This document shows, in pieces, positions 18,497 to 26,308 of a stretch of DNA of 32,000 nucleotides. This DNA is from Alkalilimnicola ehrlichii MLHE-1. GTDB lineage: Bacteria > Pseudomonadota > Gammaproteobacteria > Nitrococcales > Halorhodospiraceae. Position numbers and translations under genes: made by a program. Under the pieces are notes generated by a model. The model ran no database searches and was not told the origin of the DNA. It saw nothing but the letters and a program-made list of their open reading frames with translations. Location of the stretch: positions 2,280,001 through 2,312,000 of the forward strand of contig NC_008340.1 in assembly GCF_000014785.1 (NCBI RefSeq), read 5' to 3'. Positions within the stretch are counted from its first letter, which is position 1. Every line of letters starts with the position of its first letter.

Positions 18497-20284
18497 TTAG
18501 CGCACCTTCACTCGGGTGAGTTCCCGGCCGTCATCGCCCATCACATGGGTAGAACAGGCGAGGCAGGGGTCGAAGCTGTGCAATGTCCGCAGGATCTCGA
18601 GCGGTTGGTCGCGCTTCGCTAGCGGCGTATTCAGCAGGGAGGCTTCGAACGGCCCGATCTCACCCCTGGCGTCGCGGGGCGACCCATTCCATGTGGTAGG
18701 CACAACGCACTGGTAGTTCTCGATCTTCCGATTCTTGATTACCACCCAGTGTCCCAACGCGCCCCGAGGCGCTTCTGTGAACCCAACTCCACGGGTCTCC
18801 GAGGGCCATTTGTCGGGTTCCCATTTGGCCACGTTGGCGGTGGCTGTATCCCCGGCCCGGATAGTCGCGACCAGCTTATCCTGGAAGTACCGCATCTTAT
18901 GGGCGGCCCAGGACGCCTCCAGGCCCCGTGCGGCCGTCCGGCCGAGGGTTGAGAACAGGGCCTCCAACGGAACACCCAAGTCATGAAGAAAGGCGTCGGT
19001 CGGTTCCTTGAATTCCGGGTTTCCCTGCATGTAACCGATCACATAGCGGGCCAGAGGGCCGACTTCCATAGCGTGGCCCCGCCAACGCGGCGCCTTAATC
19101 CAGGAGTACTTGCCCGCCTCGTCCAATTGTTGAATATTATCGTGGCGTCCTTTGGTATTGGGGCCCAACCGGTAATCGGCCTCGGTGATACCATCCCACG
19201 GGTGCAGGCCGATATCGTCATCACCGTAGCGGTACCAAGAATGAGTGACGAACTCCTGAATTTCATCAGGGTCCCGCAGGTCCACCGGGTGGACCTCGTC
19301 AAGCTTACCGTTGATGATGGCGCCTTTCGGCATCAGCAGGCTGTTGTAATCGTTGGCATGCTCCGGCACATCCCCATAGGAGAGAAGACTCCGGCTGGCC
19401 AGGCCACCTCCGTATAGCCAGTCCGTATAATACGAAGCAATGGCTTTGAGGTCAGGGAGATAAACCTGATCGACGAACTGGATGCAACGATCAATGATTT
19501 CCGAGACCAGGTTAAGGCGCTCTATGTTGATCGCTCCGCCTGCCCCAGTATCGTCCATATTGATTGGGCACGGCACGCCACCAACCAACCAATTCGGGTG
19601 CGGGTTCTTTCCGCCATAGACTGCATGAATCTTTGTGATTTCCTTCTGGAAATCGAGGGCCTCCAAGTAGTGTGCAACCGCCATCAGGTTGGCTTCCGGC
19701 GGCAACTTATAAGCCGGATTACCCCAATAGCCATTGGCGAAGGGCCCGAGCTGCCCGGACTCCACGAATCGCTTCAGTCGGTGCTGAATGTCCCGAAAGT
19801 ACCCTGGCGAGGAAAGTGGCCAACTCGAAATGCTCTGGGCAAGACTGGACGTCGCCTGAGGGCTCGCCTTAAGCGCATCCACCACATCAACCCAGTCCAA
19901 GGCATGCAGATGGTAAAAATGCACCAGATGGTCATGCACCTGAAGGGCCAGTTGCATAATGTTGCGAATGGAGTTGGCATTCTCCGGGATACTGATGCCG
20001 AGGGCATCTTCCACCGCACGCACCGAAGTCAGGGCGTGGGTTCCGGTGCACACCCCGCAGATGCGCTGCGTAAATGCCCAGGCATCGCGAGGATCCCGCC
20101 CTTTCAGGATCACCTCCAACCCACGCCACAAGGTCCCTGTGGAAACAGCGTTGGTAATGACGTTGTTTTCATCCAGGTTCACCTCGCAACGCATATGCCC
20201 TTCGATGCGGGTTACCGGATCAACCACCAAACGGCGGCCGCCATCGTTAAGAGTAAATCCGTTCGACGTTGTAACGACTGACAT
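18497..20284 (-). CDS. hupL: Membrane-bound [NiFe] uptake hydrogenase large subunit
   Basis: 595 aa with [12 protein letters not shown] near the N-terminus. DPCLACSTH is followed by a 15-aa extension ([15 protein letters not shown]), the expected substrate of HupD. Confidence 0.97.
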   Translation of the reverse strand: MSVVTTSNGFTLNDGGRRLVVDPVTRIEGHMRCEVNLDENNVITNAVSTGTLWRGLEVILKGRDPRDAWAFTQRICGVCTGTHALTSVRAVEDALGISIPENANSIRNIMQLALQVHDHLVHFYHLHALDWVDVVDALKASPQATSSLAQSISSWPLSSPGYFRDIQHRLKRFVESGQLGPFANGYWGNPAYKLPPEANLMAVAHYLEALDFQKEITKIHAVYGGKNPHPNWLVGGVPCPINMDDTGAGGAINIERLNLVSEIIDRCIQFVDQVYLPDLKAIASYYTDWLYGGGLASRSLLSYGDVPEHANDYNSLLMPKGAIINGKLDEVHPVDLRDPDEIQEFVTHSWYRYGDDDIGLHPWDGITEADYRLGPNTKGRHDNIQQLDEAGKYSWIKAPRWRGHAMEVGPLARYVIGYMQGNPEFKEPTDAFLHDLGVPLEALFSTLGRTAARGLEASWAAHKMRYFQDKLVATIRAGDTATANVAKWEPDKWPSETRGVGFTEAPRGALGHWVVIKNRKIENYQCVVPTTWNGSPRDARGEIGPFEASLLNTPLAKRDQPLEILRTLHSFDPCLACSTHVMGDDGRELTRVKVR

Positions 20285-21400
20285 TTACTTCTCCCCCTCC
20301 TGGTCGGCGGTCTGTTCCCGGACCTCTTTCCGTTTATTCGCGGTATGCTTGGCCACACTCACCGCTGCGTGTGCGGCAACGGCGGCACCCACCACACCGG
20401 CCGCGGTCTTGCCGATGCGATCGGCATTGGATTCGATACCGAACTGGTGGATATTCGTCACCCGGTCATAGAAAGAGCCCTTGTCCCAGAAGCCATCCTC
20501 GGAACACCCGATGCACCCATGGCCGGACTGTATTGGGAACGAAACCCCGCTGTTCCAACGCATGGTGGAACAGGCGTTATAGGTCGTCGGCCCCTTGCAG
20601 CCCAACTTGTATAGGCAGTATCCACGACGGGCCCCCTCATCGTCCCACTGCTCGGCAAATTGACCGGCATCAAAGTGGGGGCGCCGATAACACTTATCGT
20701 GAATTCGTTGCCCATAGAACATCTTCGGTCGCCCCTGCCGGTCCAATGCTGGCAAGCGATCGAACGTCAGCATGTAGGTGATGACGCCGGTCATTACCTC
20801 AGCGATGGGCGGACAGCCCGGGACCTTGATGATTGGCTTGTCCCGGATGACCTTGTGGACAGGGACAGCCTGGGTTGGGTTGGGCCGCGCCGCCTGCACG
20901 CAACCCCAGGACGCGCAGGAGCCCCATGAAATGATCGCCTTGGCACCTTCCGCAGTGTGCTTAAGCTGATCCAGAAATGGCCGCCCGCCCACAACGCACG
21001 CCATGCCGTCGTGGCCCAATGCCGGGGTACCCTCTACGGCCAGGATGTAGTTTCCATGGTACTTCTCTATCGCCGCCTCCAAGGCGGCCTCCGCATCATC
21101 CCCCGCCGCGGCCATCAGCAGTGGATCGTAATCCAGCGAGATCATCGACAGCACGACGTCCTTGGCCAGAGGGTGGGCCGAACGGATGAAGGACTCGGAG
21201 CAGCATGTGCATTCCTGCCCGTGCACCCAAAGCACCGGGGTGCGGGGCTTGTTCTCCATGGCGTGGGCTATACGGCCGGCGAATTGAGGCCCCAGACCTA
21301 GAGCCGCCGCCGTAAGGCTGCAGAACTTCATGAAGCTGCGGCGCGTTATCCCCTGACGCCGCATGACATCGTAGAATGTTTCCATTGTTTCACCTGCCAT
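20285..21400 (-). CDS. hupS: Membrane-bound [NiFe] uptake hydrogenase small subunit (Tat-exported, C-terminal anchor)
   Basis: Tat signal [13 protein letters not shown]...AHA. Proximal-cluster motif ECTCCSESF and [11 protein letters not shown]. Hydrophobic C-terminal anchor. AGGAGGAG 6 nt upstream of the ATG at 21400. An alternative ATG at 21385 gives METFYDV. Confidence 0.96.
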   Translation of the reverse strand: MAGETMETFYDVMRRQGITRRSFMKFCSLTAAALGLGPQFAGRIAHAMENKPRTPVLWVHGQECTCCSESFIRSAHPLAKDVVLSMISLDYDPLLMAAAGDDAEAALEAAIEKYHGNYILAVEGTPALGHDGMACVVGGRPFLDQLKHTAEGAKAIISWGSCASWGCVQAARPNPTQAVPVHKVIRDKPIIKVPGCPPIAEVMTGVITYMLTFDRLPALDRQGRPKMFYGQRIHDKCYRRPHFDAGQFAEQWDDEGARRGYCLYKLGCKGPTTYNACSTMRWNSGVSFPIQSGHGCIGCSEDGFWDKGSFYDRVTNIHQFGIESNADRIGKTAAGVVGAAVAAHAAVSVAKHTANKRKEVREQTADQEGEK

Positions 21401-21546
21401 CCGTCTCTCCTCCTGTTTGCTTTCCCACCCTTATGGCCATCTGCCCTGGGCTGGGTTGGCAATTCTTCGGACCCGTCTTGTCGGGGTCTGATTTCGAGCG
21501 TCTCGCATTGACCGGATAGACGCTGCGCTCCGGTAGGCCACTGGTT

Positions 21547-21561
21547 ACAAGATGCACGCCA
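21547..21561 (-). promoter_or_regulatory. Candidate sigma54 -24/-12 promoter for hupS (TGGCGTG-CATC-TTGT)
   Basis: The minus strand reads TGGCGTGCATCTTGT. The GG element and spacing fit TGGCACG-N4-TTGC, but -12 is GT instead of GC. It lies about 145 nt upstream of the hupS ATG. HoxA in the cluster carries GAFTGA. Confidence 0.3.
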
Positions 21562-21579
21562 ACAGGGTGTTCAGGGGCC

Positions 21580-21593
21580 AAAAAAACGAAAAA
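21580..21593. promoter_or_regulatory. A7-CG-A5 tract (possible intrinsic bend or IHF-type architectural site)
   Basis: AAAAAAACGAAAAA lies 19-32 nt upstream of the minus-strand -24 box. The adjacent AATCAGTGACCTG only loosely resembles WATCAANNNNTTR. Confidence 0.2.
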
Positions 21594-21754
21594 TCAGTGA
21601 CCTGAAGGTGCTACGAGAGGAGCTGCGGCATTATGTCTCTGGCAGGAACGCTCCCACTATCAGCCTGACGCCGGAAACTTTCCTGACACTTATCGGAGCG
21701 TCGGCTGCCCTGAGGCTGACACAATGCCGCACCCTGCAAGGGTCTCTCGGTTAT

Positions 21755-21769
21755 TGGCATGAAACTTGT
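21755..21769 (+). promoter_or_regulatory. Candidate sigma54 -24/-12 promoter for the Ni-uptake operon (TGGCATG-AAAC-TTGT)
   Basis: The plus strand reads TGGCATGAAACTTGT, 43 nt upstream of the receptor ATG. It has the same deviation (TTGT) as the hupS-facing box. Confidence 0.3.
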
Positions 21770-21796
21770 TATGAACATTCCAGGATTGATCATAAC
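21768..21796. promoter_or_regulatory. Perfect inverted repeat GTTATGA-N15-TCATAAC, a candidate NikR operator
   Basis: The 7-bp arms at 21768-21774 and 21790-21796 are exact reverse complements. The core TATGA/TCATA matches the E. coli NikR operator half-sites (GTATGA-N16-TCATAC), with a spacer one nt shorter. It lies 16 nt upstream of the receptor ATG. Confidence 0.45.
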
Positions 21797-21811
21797 GACG
21801 GAGACCAATGC

Positions 21812-23818
21812 ATGTCGGGACAACTCCTCCGGGCCTACAAATGGGCAGAAGGCTGGGCTAACCCATCGGATCATTGGCCAGCGATCACCGGACTGCTTGG
21901 TGCGGTATTGCTTGCCTCAACCCCTGCCAGCGCATCTACAGCCGAATTGGACTCCGTCGTGGTGACCGCAACCCGCTCACCACACCCCTTATCGGAGGTC
22001 CCGGTGGAAACCCGCTTGCTGGATCGGGAGGCCATCGACCGAAGCCAGGCGCGCAATCTGCCCCAACTCCTGGGCACCTTGCCGGGGGTGTCCGCGAGCA
22101 ACCTGGACGACACCTTGGGGGCCGACAACTTGCGGCTGACGCTACGAGGGCTGCAACTCAACGAGGGTTACGGCCTGATACTGGTAGACGGGCGTCGGAT
22201 TCACGGTGGACTTGGCGCCCATGGCGATTACGGGGTCAGTCTCAACCAAATCCCCCTGTCTATGATCGACCGGGTTGAGGTGGTACGCGGAGCAGGCTCA
22301 GCCCTCTACGGTGCCGATGCGATGGCCGGGGTCATCAACATCATCACCCGACGCCCGGAGCGTGAGCCCACAGGCCGCGCCGGCCTGGGTGCAGGCTTCT
22401 ACGAAACGCTGGATCGCGACGATCGGGATGCGACCGGATCCCACCGGCGCGATGTGGATGCTCATGCCCTTTACAGCGGCCCGTTTGGCGAGGGGTCGAC
22501 CTTTCTGGTCGGGGGGCACCATCAACAGGACGAGGGCACCGACCAAACCGCCGCCACGACTCGCAAAGATACCGCCATGGGCCATTGGCAGACGGACCTG
22601 AACGACCACTGGTCCGCAACCCTACACGGCTACTTCGCCCGTGCCCGGCGCGATCATCACGGCCCGGAGGCCCGTCATGATCGCGCCTACGACGATGCCA
22701 GCCTGACCGCCGGATTGGACTATGAGCAGGGGCGACACAGTTTATCCATGGGTGGGTACCACTTCGACCAGGACTTCGAGACCGGCTACCCGGGTTTCGC
22801 GCACGGCTTTCGCGACGGGCGCGTGGGCTATCGTGAGGCCGATGTCCGCTATACCTACTTCGGCGAACGACACTGGCTGACCATGGGGGCCCAGCATCAG
22901 CGCCAAACCCTCGACTACCGCTTCCGGAACTACGCCGACGGCGCACTGGAAGACACCGTGCACGTGGACGAGCGTATCGACGTCAACAGCGTCTATGTAC
23001 AGGACGAGATCTGGCTACTCGGGCAGCGCCTGATTCTGGTCCCCGGAGCCCGCTACGAGGATCACGACACCTTCGGCAGCGAACTCAACCCCAAGCTGGC
23101 CGCGCGCTTGCAAACCGGGGACACAACCTGGCGGGCCTCTATCGGTCGCGCATTCAAGTCACCCACACTGCGCCAGCTCTATTATCAGGGGCTATACCGG
23201 CACGGCGACTACTACCTGGCCTCCAACCCCGATCTGTCACCGGAGCGGGCGATCAGCGCCAATCTGAGCGTGGAGCGCACGTGGCCGGGCAGCCGGGTCT
23301 GGACCGCCCTGGGGGTCTACCGTACCGAGTTGAAAGACCGGGTCACCCGGGCAGATACCGGCGAGACAACAAGCCAGGGCGACCCCATTCAGTCCTACAT
23401 CAATATCGACCGCTCTCGCATCGAGGGCATCGAAGCGGAAATGCGCGTCGGCGACAGGACCGGCTGGAGCATGGACGCCGCACTGGGCCTGACCCACGCC
23501 CGTGATCGGCGCAGCGGCGACTGGCTGCCTTATGTGCCGCGACACACCGCAAGCCTTACCCCGCGTTATGTCACCGCTTCGGGGCAGACGGGTATACAGG
23601 GGCGGATTAACGCCTACGGCAGACAATACCGCGATGCGGCCAATACCCGACGTATCAGCGCCCACCAAGTGGTCGATCTGGGGCTTTGGCATGACCTGAC
23701 GCCGGCCAGCACCCTGCGGCTGGACATCAACAACGTGTTCAATTCCGATCGCGGCGAGTCGGCCTTCGCCTTCCGCCAGGGCCGCCGCCTAGGTGCCCGT
23801 ATTGACGTAGAGTTCTGA
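21812..23818 (+). CDS. TonB-dependent outer-membrane receptor (predicted nickel or metallophore uptake)
   Basis: Trimmed to the ATG at 21812, with GGAG 8 nt upstream. Signal peptide ends ...LLASTPASA. TonB-box-like DSVVVTATR. Plug motifs (RVEVVRGAGSALYGADAMAGVINIITR). Long beta-barrel ending in an aromatic residue (RIDVEF). Confidence 0.9.
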   Translation: MSGQLLRAYKWAEGWANPSDHWPAITGLLGAVLLASTPASASTAELDSVVVTATRSPHPLSEVPVETRLLDREAIDRSQARNLPQLLGTLPGVSASNLDDTLGADNLRLTLRGLQLNEGYGLILVDGRRIHGGLGAHGDYGVSLNQIPLSMIDRVEVVRGAGSALYGADAMAGVINIITRRPEREPTGRAGLGAGFYETLDRDDRDATGSHRRDVDAHALYSGPFGEGSTFLVGGHHQQDEGTDQTAATTRKDTAMGHWQTDLNDHWSATLHGYFARARRDHHGPEARHDRAYDDASLTAGLDYEQGRHSLSMGGYHFDQDFETGYPGFAHGFRDGRVGYREADVRYTYFGERHWLTMGAQHQRQTLDYRFRNYADGALEDTVHVDERIDVNSVYVQDEIWLLGQRLILVPGARYEDHDTFGSELNPKLAARLQTGDTTWRASIGRAFKSPTLRQLYYQGLYRHGDYYLASNPDLSPERAISANLSVERTWPGSRVWTALGVYRTELKDRVTRADTGETTSQGDPIQSYINIDRSRIEGIEAEMRVGDRTGWSMDAALGLTHARDRRSGDWLPYVPRHTASLTPRYVTASGQTGIQGRINAYGRQYRDAANTRRISAHQVVDLGLWHDLTPASTLRLDINNVFNSDRGESAFAFRQGRRLGARIDVEF

Positions 23819-23843
23819 CACCGGCCGCTGCCAGGAGAGACCC

Positions 23844-24656
23844 ATGACCCAAGAACAACCGTTACCCCCACAAAGCGGTCGCCACCCCTTGCCTATCCGG
23901 GGCGTGATGGTATCTGCATTGCTCACAGCGCTGACCCTGCCGGCATTGGTCCAGGCGCATTACCCCTGGGCCGACCCAACAACCCACACCCCGCCCGGCG
24001 GGCAGCCACTCGCGCTGGAGGTGGGCTGGGGACACACCTTTCCAGAGGACAGCCGCCTTTCCGGGACACGCCTACAAGACTTGGTGCTGTGGACGCCGGA
24101 AGCAGGACAGAGAGCGATACCCATCGACCCCGGCGAACAGTTCCAGACACCGCCGCTGGGTCCGTCCGGCACCGGCCTGATCGGCATCTGGCAGACCCCG
24201 GGCTACTACAGCCGCACGCCGCAGGGCGGGCAACGGGCCAGCCGGAAGGAACACCCCGATGCCCTCTCCTGCAGTCGGTCGGTCAACAGCGCCAAGGCCC
24301 TGCTGGGCAGCCCACCGGCGGAGGCTTTGATCGCCGTGCGGCTGGACATGCCGCTGGAGATCATCCCCCTGCAGACACCGGAGGCCATTGCCGAAACCGG
24401 TGCACTGAAAGTGCGCGTGCTCTGGCAGGGCGAGCCCTACACCGGCCCAGTCGCTGCCATCCACGCCGAAACCCGGGGCGATGTCACCGACACCCCGGAC
24501 GCCATCGCCGATAGCGACGGTGACGGGTACGCCAAACTCACCCTGGACCGCCCCGGACGCTGGCTGCTGCACGTGCACGCCAGCACCCCTTACCCGACCC
24601 CCAACACCTGTGATGTCATTCAGTACAATGCCACGCTCACCCTGGAGGTCCCATGA
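23844..24656 (+). CDS. Periplasmic DUF4198 / CbiK-NikK-like metal uptake component
   Basis: AGGAG 6 nt upstream. Signal peptide ...LTLPALVQA, then HYPW. A beta-rich soluble protein with the H-x-x-W ... GWGHTFP pattern I associate with DUF4198/COG5266 proteins found next to CbiM/NikM. Confidence 0.7.
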   Translation: MTQEQPLPPQSGRHPLPIRGVMVSALLTALTLPALVQAHYPWADPTTHTPPGGQPLALEVGWGHTFPEDSRLSGTRLQDLVLWTPEAGQRAIPIDPGEQFQTPPLGPSGTGLIGIWQTPGYYSRTPQGGQRASRKEHPDALSCSRSVNSAKALLGSPPAEALIAVRLDMPLEIIPLQTPEAIAETGALKVRVLWQGEPYTGPVAAIHAETRGDVTDTPDAIADSDGDGYAKLTLDRPGRWLLHVHASTPYPTPNTCDVIQYNATLTLEVP

Positions 24657-25111
24657 TCCGTGCCGGTCTGCTCCTGCTCCTGGCCCTATGGCTACCGGTA
24701 CCAGCGGCGGCCCATGCCCTGCTCAATGAGCCGGGACCGGAGGGGGCCATCACCGTGCTGTTTCACTTCCCCGGCAGTGAGCGCCCCTGGTTCGAACATT
24801 ATGACGTCCACGGGCCTGGCGACGACCACCCCTTCCAGACCGGTCGCGTCAACGCCCTGGGCGAAGTGAGCTTCCGGCCGGACCGCCCTGGAGAATGGCA
24901 GGTCCAGGTGACGACCGAGGATGGCCACGCCAGCACAGCGCACATTCAGGTGGACCCGGAGGGGGTGGTAACCCACCAGGCAGGCACCGGCAGCGGTCCT
25001 ATCAACCGGATCGTGGTCGCTCTGGGTTATCTACTCGGACTGTTCGGACTGCTCAACCTCTGGCAACAACAGAAGCACCGGCGATCCGGAGGCGGTCATG
25101 CACATTCCTGA
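24653..25111 (+). CDS. Small His-rich protein with signal peptide/N-terminal anchor, beta-sandwich-like domain and C-terminal TM helix (NikL-like accessory component?)
   Basis: ATGA overlap with the upstream stop, and GGAGG 4 nt upstream. Starts MIRAGLLLLLALWLPVPAAA, followed by HALL. Contains 12 His after that leader (13 of 152 residues in all). C-terminal helix IVVALGYLLGLFGLLNLW, then KHRRSGGGHAHS. Its 3' end overlaps nikM by 14 nt. Confidence 0.6.
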   Translation: MIRAGLLLLLALWLPVPAAAHALLNEPGPEGAITVLFHFPGSERPWFEHYDVHGPGDDHPFQTGRVNALGEVSFRPDRPGEWQVQVTTEDGHASTAHIQVDPEGVVTHQAGTGSGPINRIVVALGYLLGLFGLLNLWQQQKHRRSGGGHAHS

Positions 25112-25751
25112 CGGCTTACTCGCCCCCCAAACCTACCTGCCCGCCTTTGCATTGGCCGCCCCCCTTTGGCTGCATGCCACCCGGAAGCTGCGGGGGACGC
25201 TCGACGAGACCCTGTTGCCCCGACTGGCGGTATTCACGGCCCTCGCCTTCCTCCTCTCCAGCCTCATGGTGCCCCTGCCTGGCGGAACCTCCACCCACGC
25301 CGTGGGTGTGGCCCTAATGGCATTAGTCCTCGGCCCCTGGACTGCCTTTCTGGCCTACACCCTGGTGCTGGTGGTCCAGGCCCTGCTGGTGGGTGCTGGC
25401 GGTATCACCGCCCTGGCTGCCAACGCGCTGCTCATGGGGTTCGTCGGGGCCTGGACCGCTGTGATACTGCATCGCTGGCTGCACCCTCTCCACGGAGACG
25501 CTGCCACCGGCGTCGCCGTCTGGGTCTCGGTGGTGCTCTCGGCAACCCTGATGGCCACACTCCTCGGCGTCCAGCCGTTGATTGCCCAGGACGAGACGGG
25601 CAGCCCGCTGTATTTTCCCTTCGGGTTAACGGTGACGCTACCAGCGGTGGTCCTCCCACACATGCTGCTGGCCATTGGCGAGGCGGTATTGACCCTTCTC
25701 ATTCTTCGTCATGCCCGGCACCGCGGCTGGATGGAGGCCCGCGCACTATGA
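25098..25751 (+). CDS. nikM: ECF-type Ni/Co transporter substrate-capture subunit NikM/CbiM
   Basis: Begins MHIPDG, the family-defining N-terminus. His67 is present (PGGTSTH67AVG). Polytopic membrane protein. GGAGG 6 nt upstream. Confidence 0.9.
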   Translation: MHIPDGLLAPQTYLPAFALAAPLWLHATRKLRGTLDETLLPRLAVFTALAFLLSSLMVPLPGGTSTHAVGVALMALVLGPWTAFLAYTLVLVVQALLVGAGGITALAANALLMGFVGAWTAVILHRWLHPLHGDAATGVAVWVSVVLSATLMATLLGVQPLIAQDETGSPLYFPFGLTVTLPAVVLPHMLLAIGEAVLTLLILRHARHRGWMEARAL

Positions 25752-26308
25752 CTATGACCGCCACCTGGGGACTGTTCGCGTACCTTGCAGCAGTGGTCGC
25801 CGGAACCCTTCTCCACGCGCCGACCTCGCTGGCCAGCGCCCTGGTGGTCACGCTGGTGCTGTCCGGGCCGGGCCGTCTCGCGCTGCTACGCCGTGCGCTC
25901 GGCATGGTGGCGGCCCCGGCGCTGGTGATCAGCGTCGGTTACGGTGTGATGACCCTAATCAGTGGCGCACCGGACTGGGTCTACCTGCTGCGGATCAACC
26001 TTCGCCTGACCCTGCTGACCGTGCTCACCGCCTGGATGCTACGGGATCTGGACTTGGCGGCGGCGCTGGCCCCATGGCCAGGCGCCCGCCGTTGGCTGGG
26101 CCTCGTGCGCATCCAGCTCGCGCTGTTCCGCCGTCTCGGCCAAGAGGTCCGACTGGCACAACGCAGCCGACAACGGGCCAAGCCTCCCTTGCGCGAACGG
26201 TACCGGACCGGGGCCGCGCTTGGCCTGGCCGCGCTTGACAAGGCCATGCATAACAGCGAGGCCCTGACCCAGGGCATGCGCTCGCGGGGCGTCTTCAATG
26301 AGCGCTGA
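25748..26308 (+). CDS. nikQ: ECF transporter transmembrane (T) component NikQ/CbiQ
   Basis: The real start is the ATG at 25748 (MTMTATWGLFAYL), an ATGA overlap with the nikM stop. The track's 380-aa ORF is a 5' shadow extension. 186 aa, hydrophobic. The C-terminal ALTQGMRSRG matches the CbiQ A-x3-RG motif. Confidence 0.8.
   Translation: MTMTATWGLFAYLAAVVAGTLLHAPTSLASALVVTLVLSGPGRLALLRRALGMVAAPALVISVGYGVMTLISGAPDWVYLLRINLRLTLLTVLTAWMLRDLDLAAALAPWPGARRWLGLVRIQLALFRRLGQEVRLAQRSRQRAKPPLRERYRTGAALGLAALDKAMHNSEALTQGMRSRGVFNER

Noticed and set aside
18497-20284. Possible selenocysteine ([NiFeSe]) or frameshift in the large subunit
   Set aside because: The ORF is uninterrupted, and the Ni ligands are ordinary Cys codons in DPCLAC.
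21580-21593. The T-run on the minus strand, considered as an intrinsic terminator
   Set aside because: There is no preceding stable hairpin and no upstream minus-strand gene to terminate. It is more plausibly a bend element in the divergent promoter region.
21768-21796. Reading the palindrome as a Fur box or other metalloregulator site
   Set aside because: ATTGATCATAAC has some resemblance to GATAATGATAATCATTATC, but the long spacer and the TATGA/TCATA arms fit NikR better. This alternative is not excluded and is kept open in the finding.
21797-21806. CGGAGACC resembles the core of the cobalamin-riboswitch B12 box. If real, this would argue for cobalt rather than nickel.
   Set aside because: I could not find the other conserved elements (GGGAA, GGUG..AAUCC, GCCACUG within 30-60 nt) in 21600-21811. 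The GGAG is adequately explained as the receptor SD. A covariance-model scan (RF00174) would settle it.
21608-21811. 68-codon 5' extension of the TonB receptor ORF (GTG at 21608)
   Set aside because: It would place 68 non-hydrophobic residues in front of the signal peptide and would swallow the regulatory region. The ATG at 21812 has a GGAG at ideal spacing.
25166-25747. 5' part of the 380-aa ORF that contains nikQ
   Set aside because: It is out of frame within nikM and rich in Pro, Arg and Gly. The ATGA overlap at 25748 gives a CbiQ-like hydrophobic protein.
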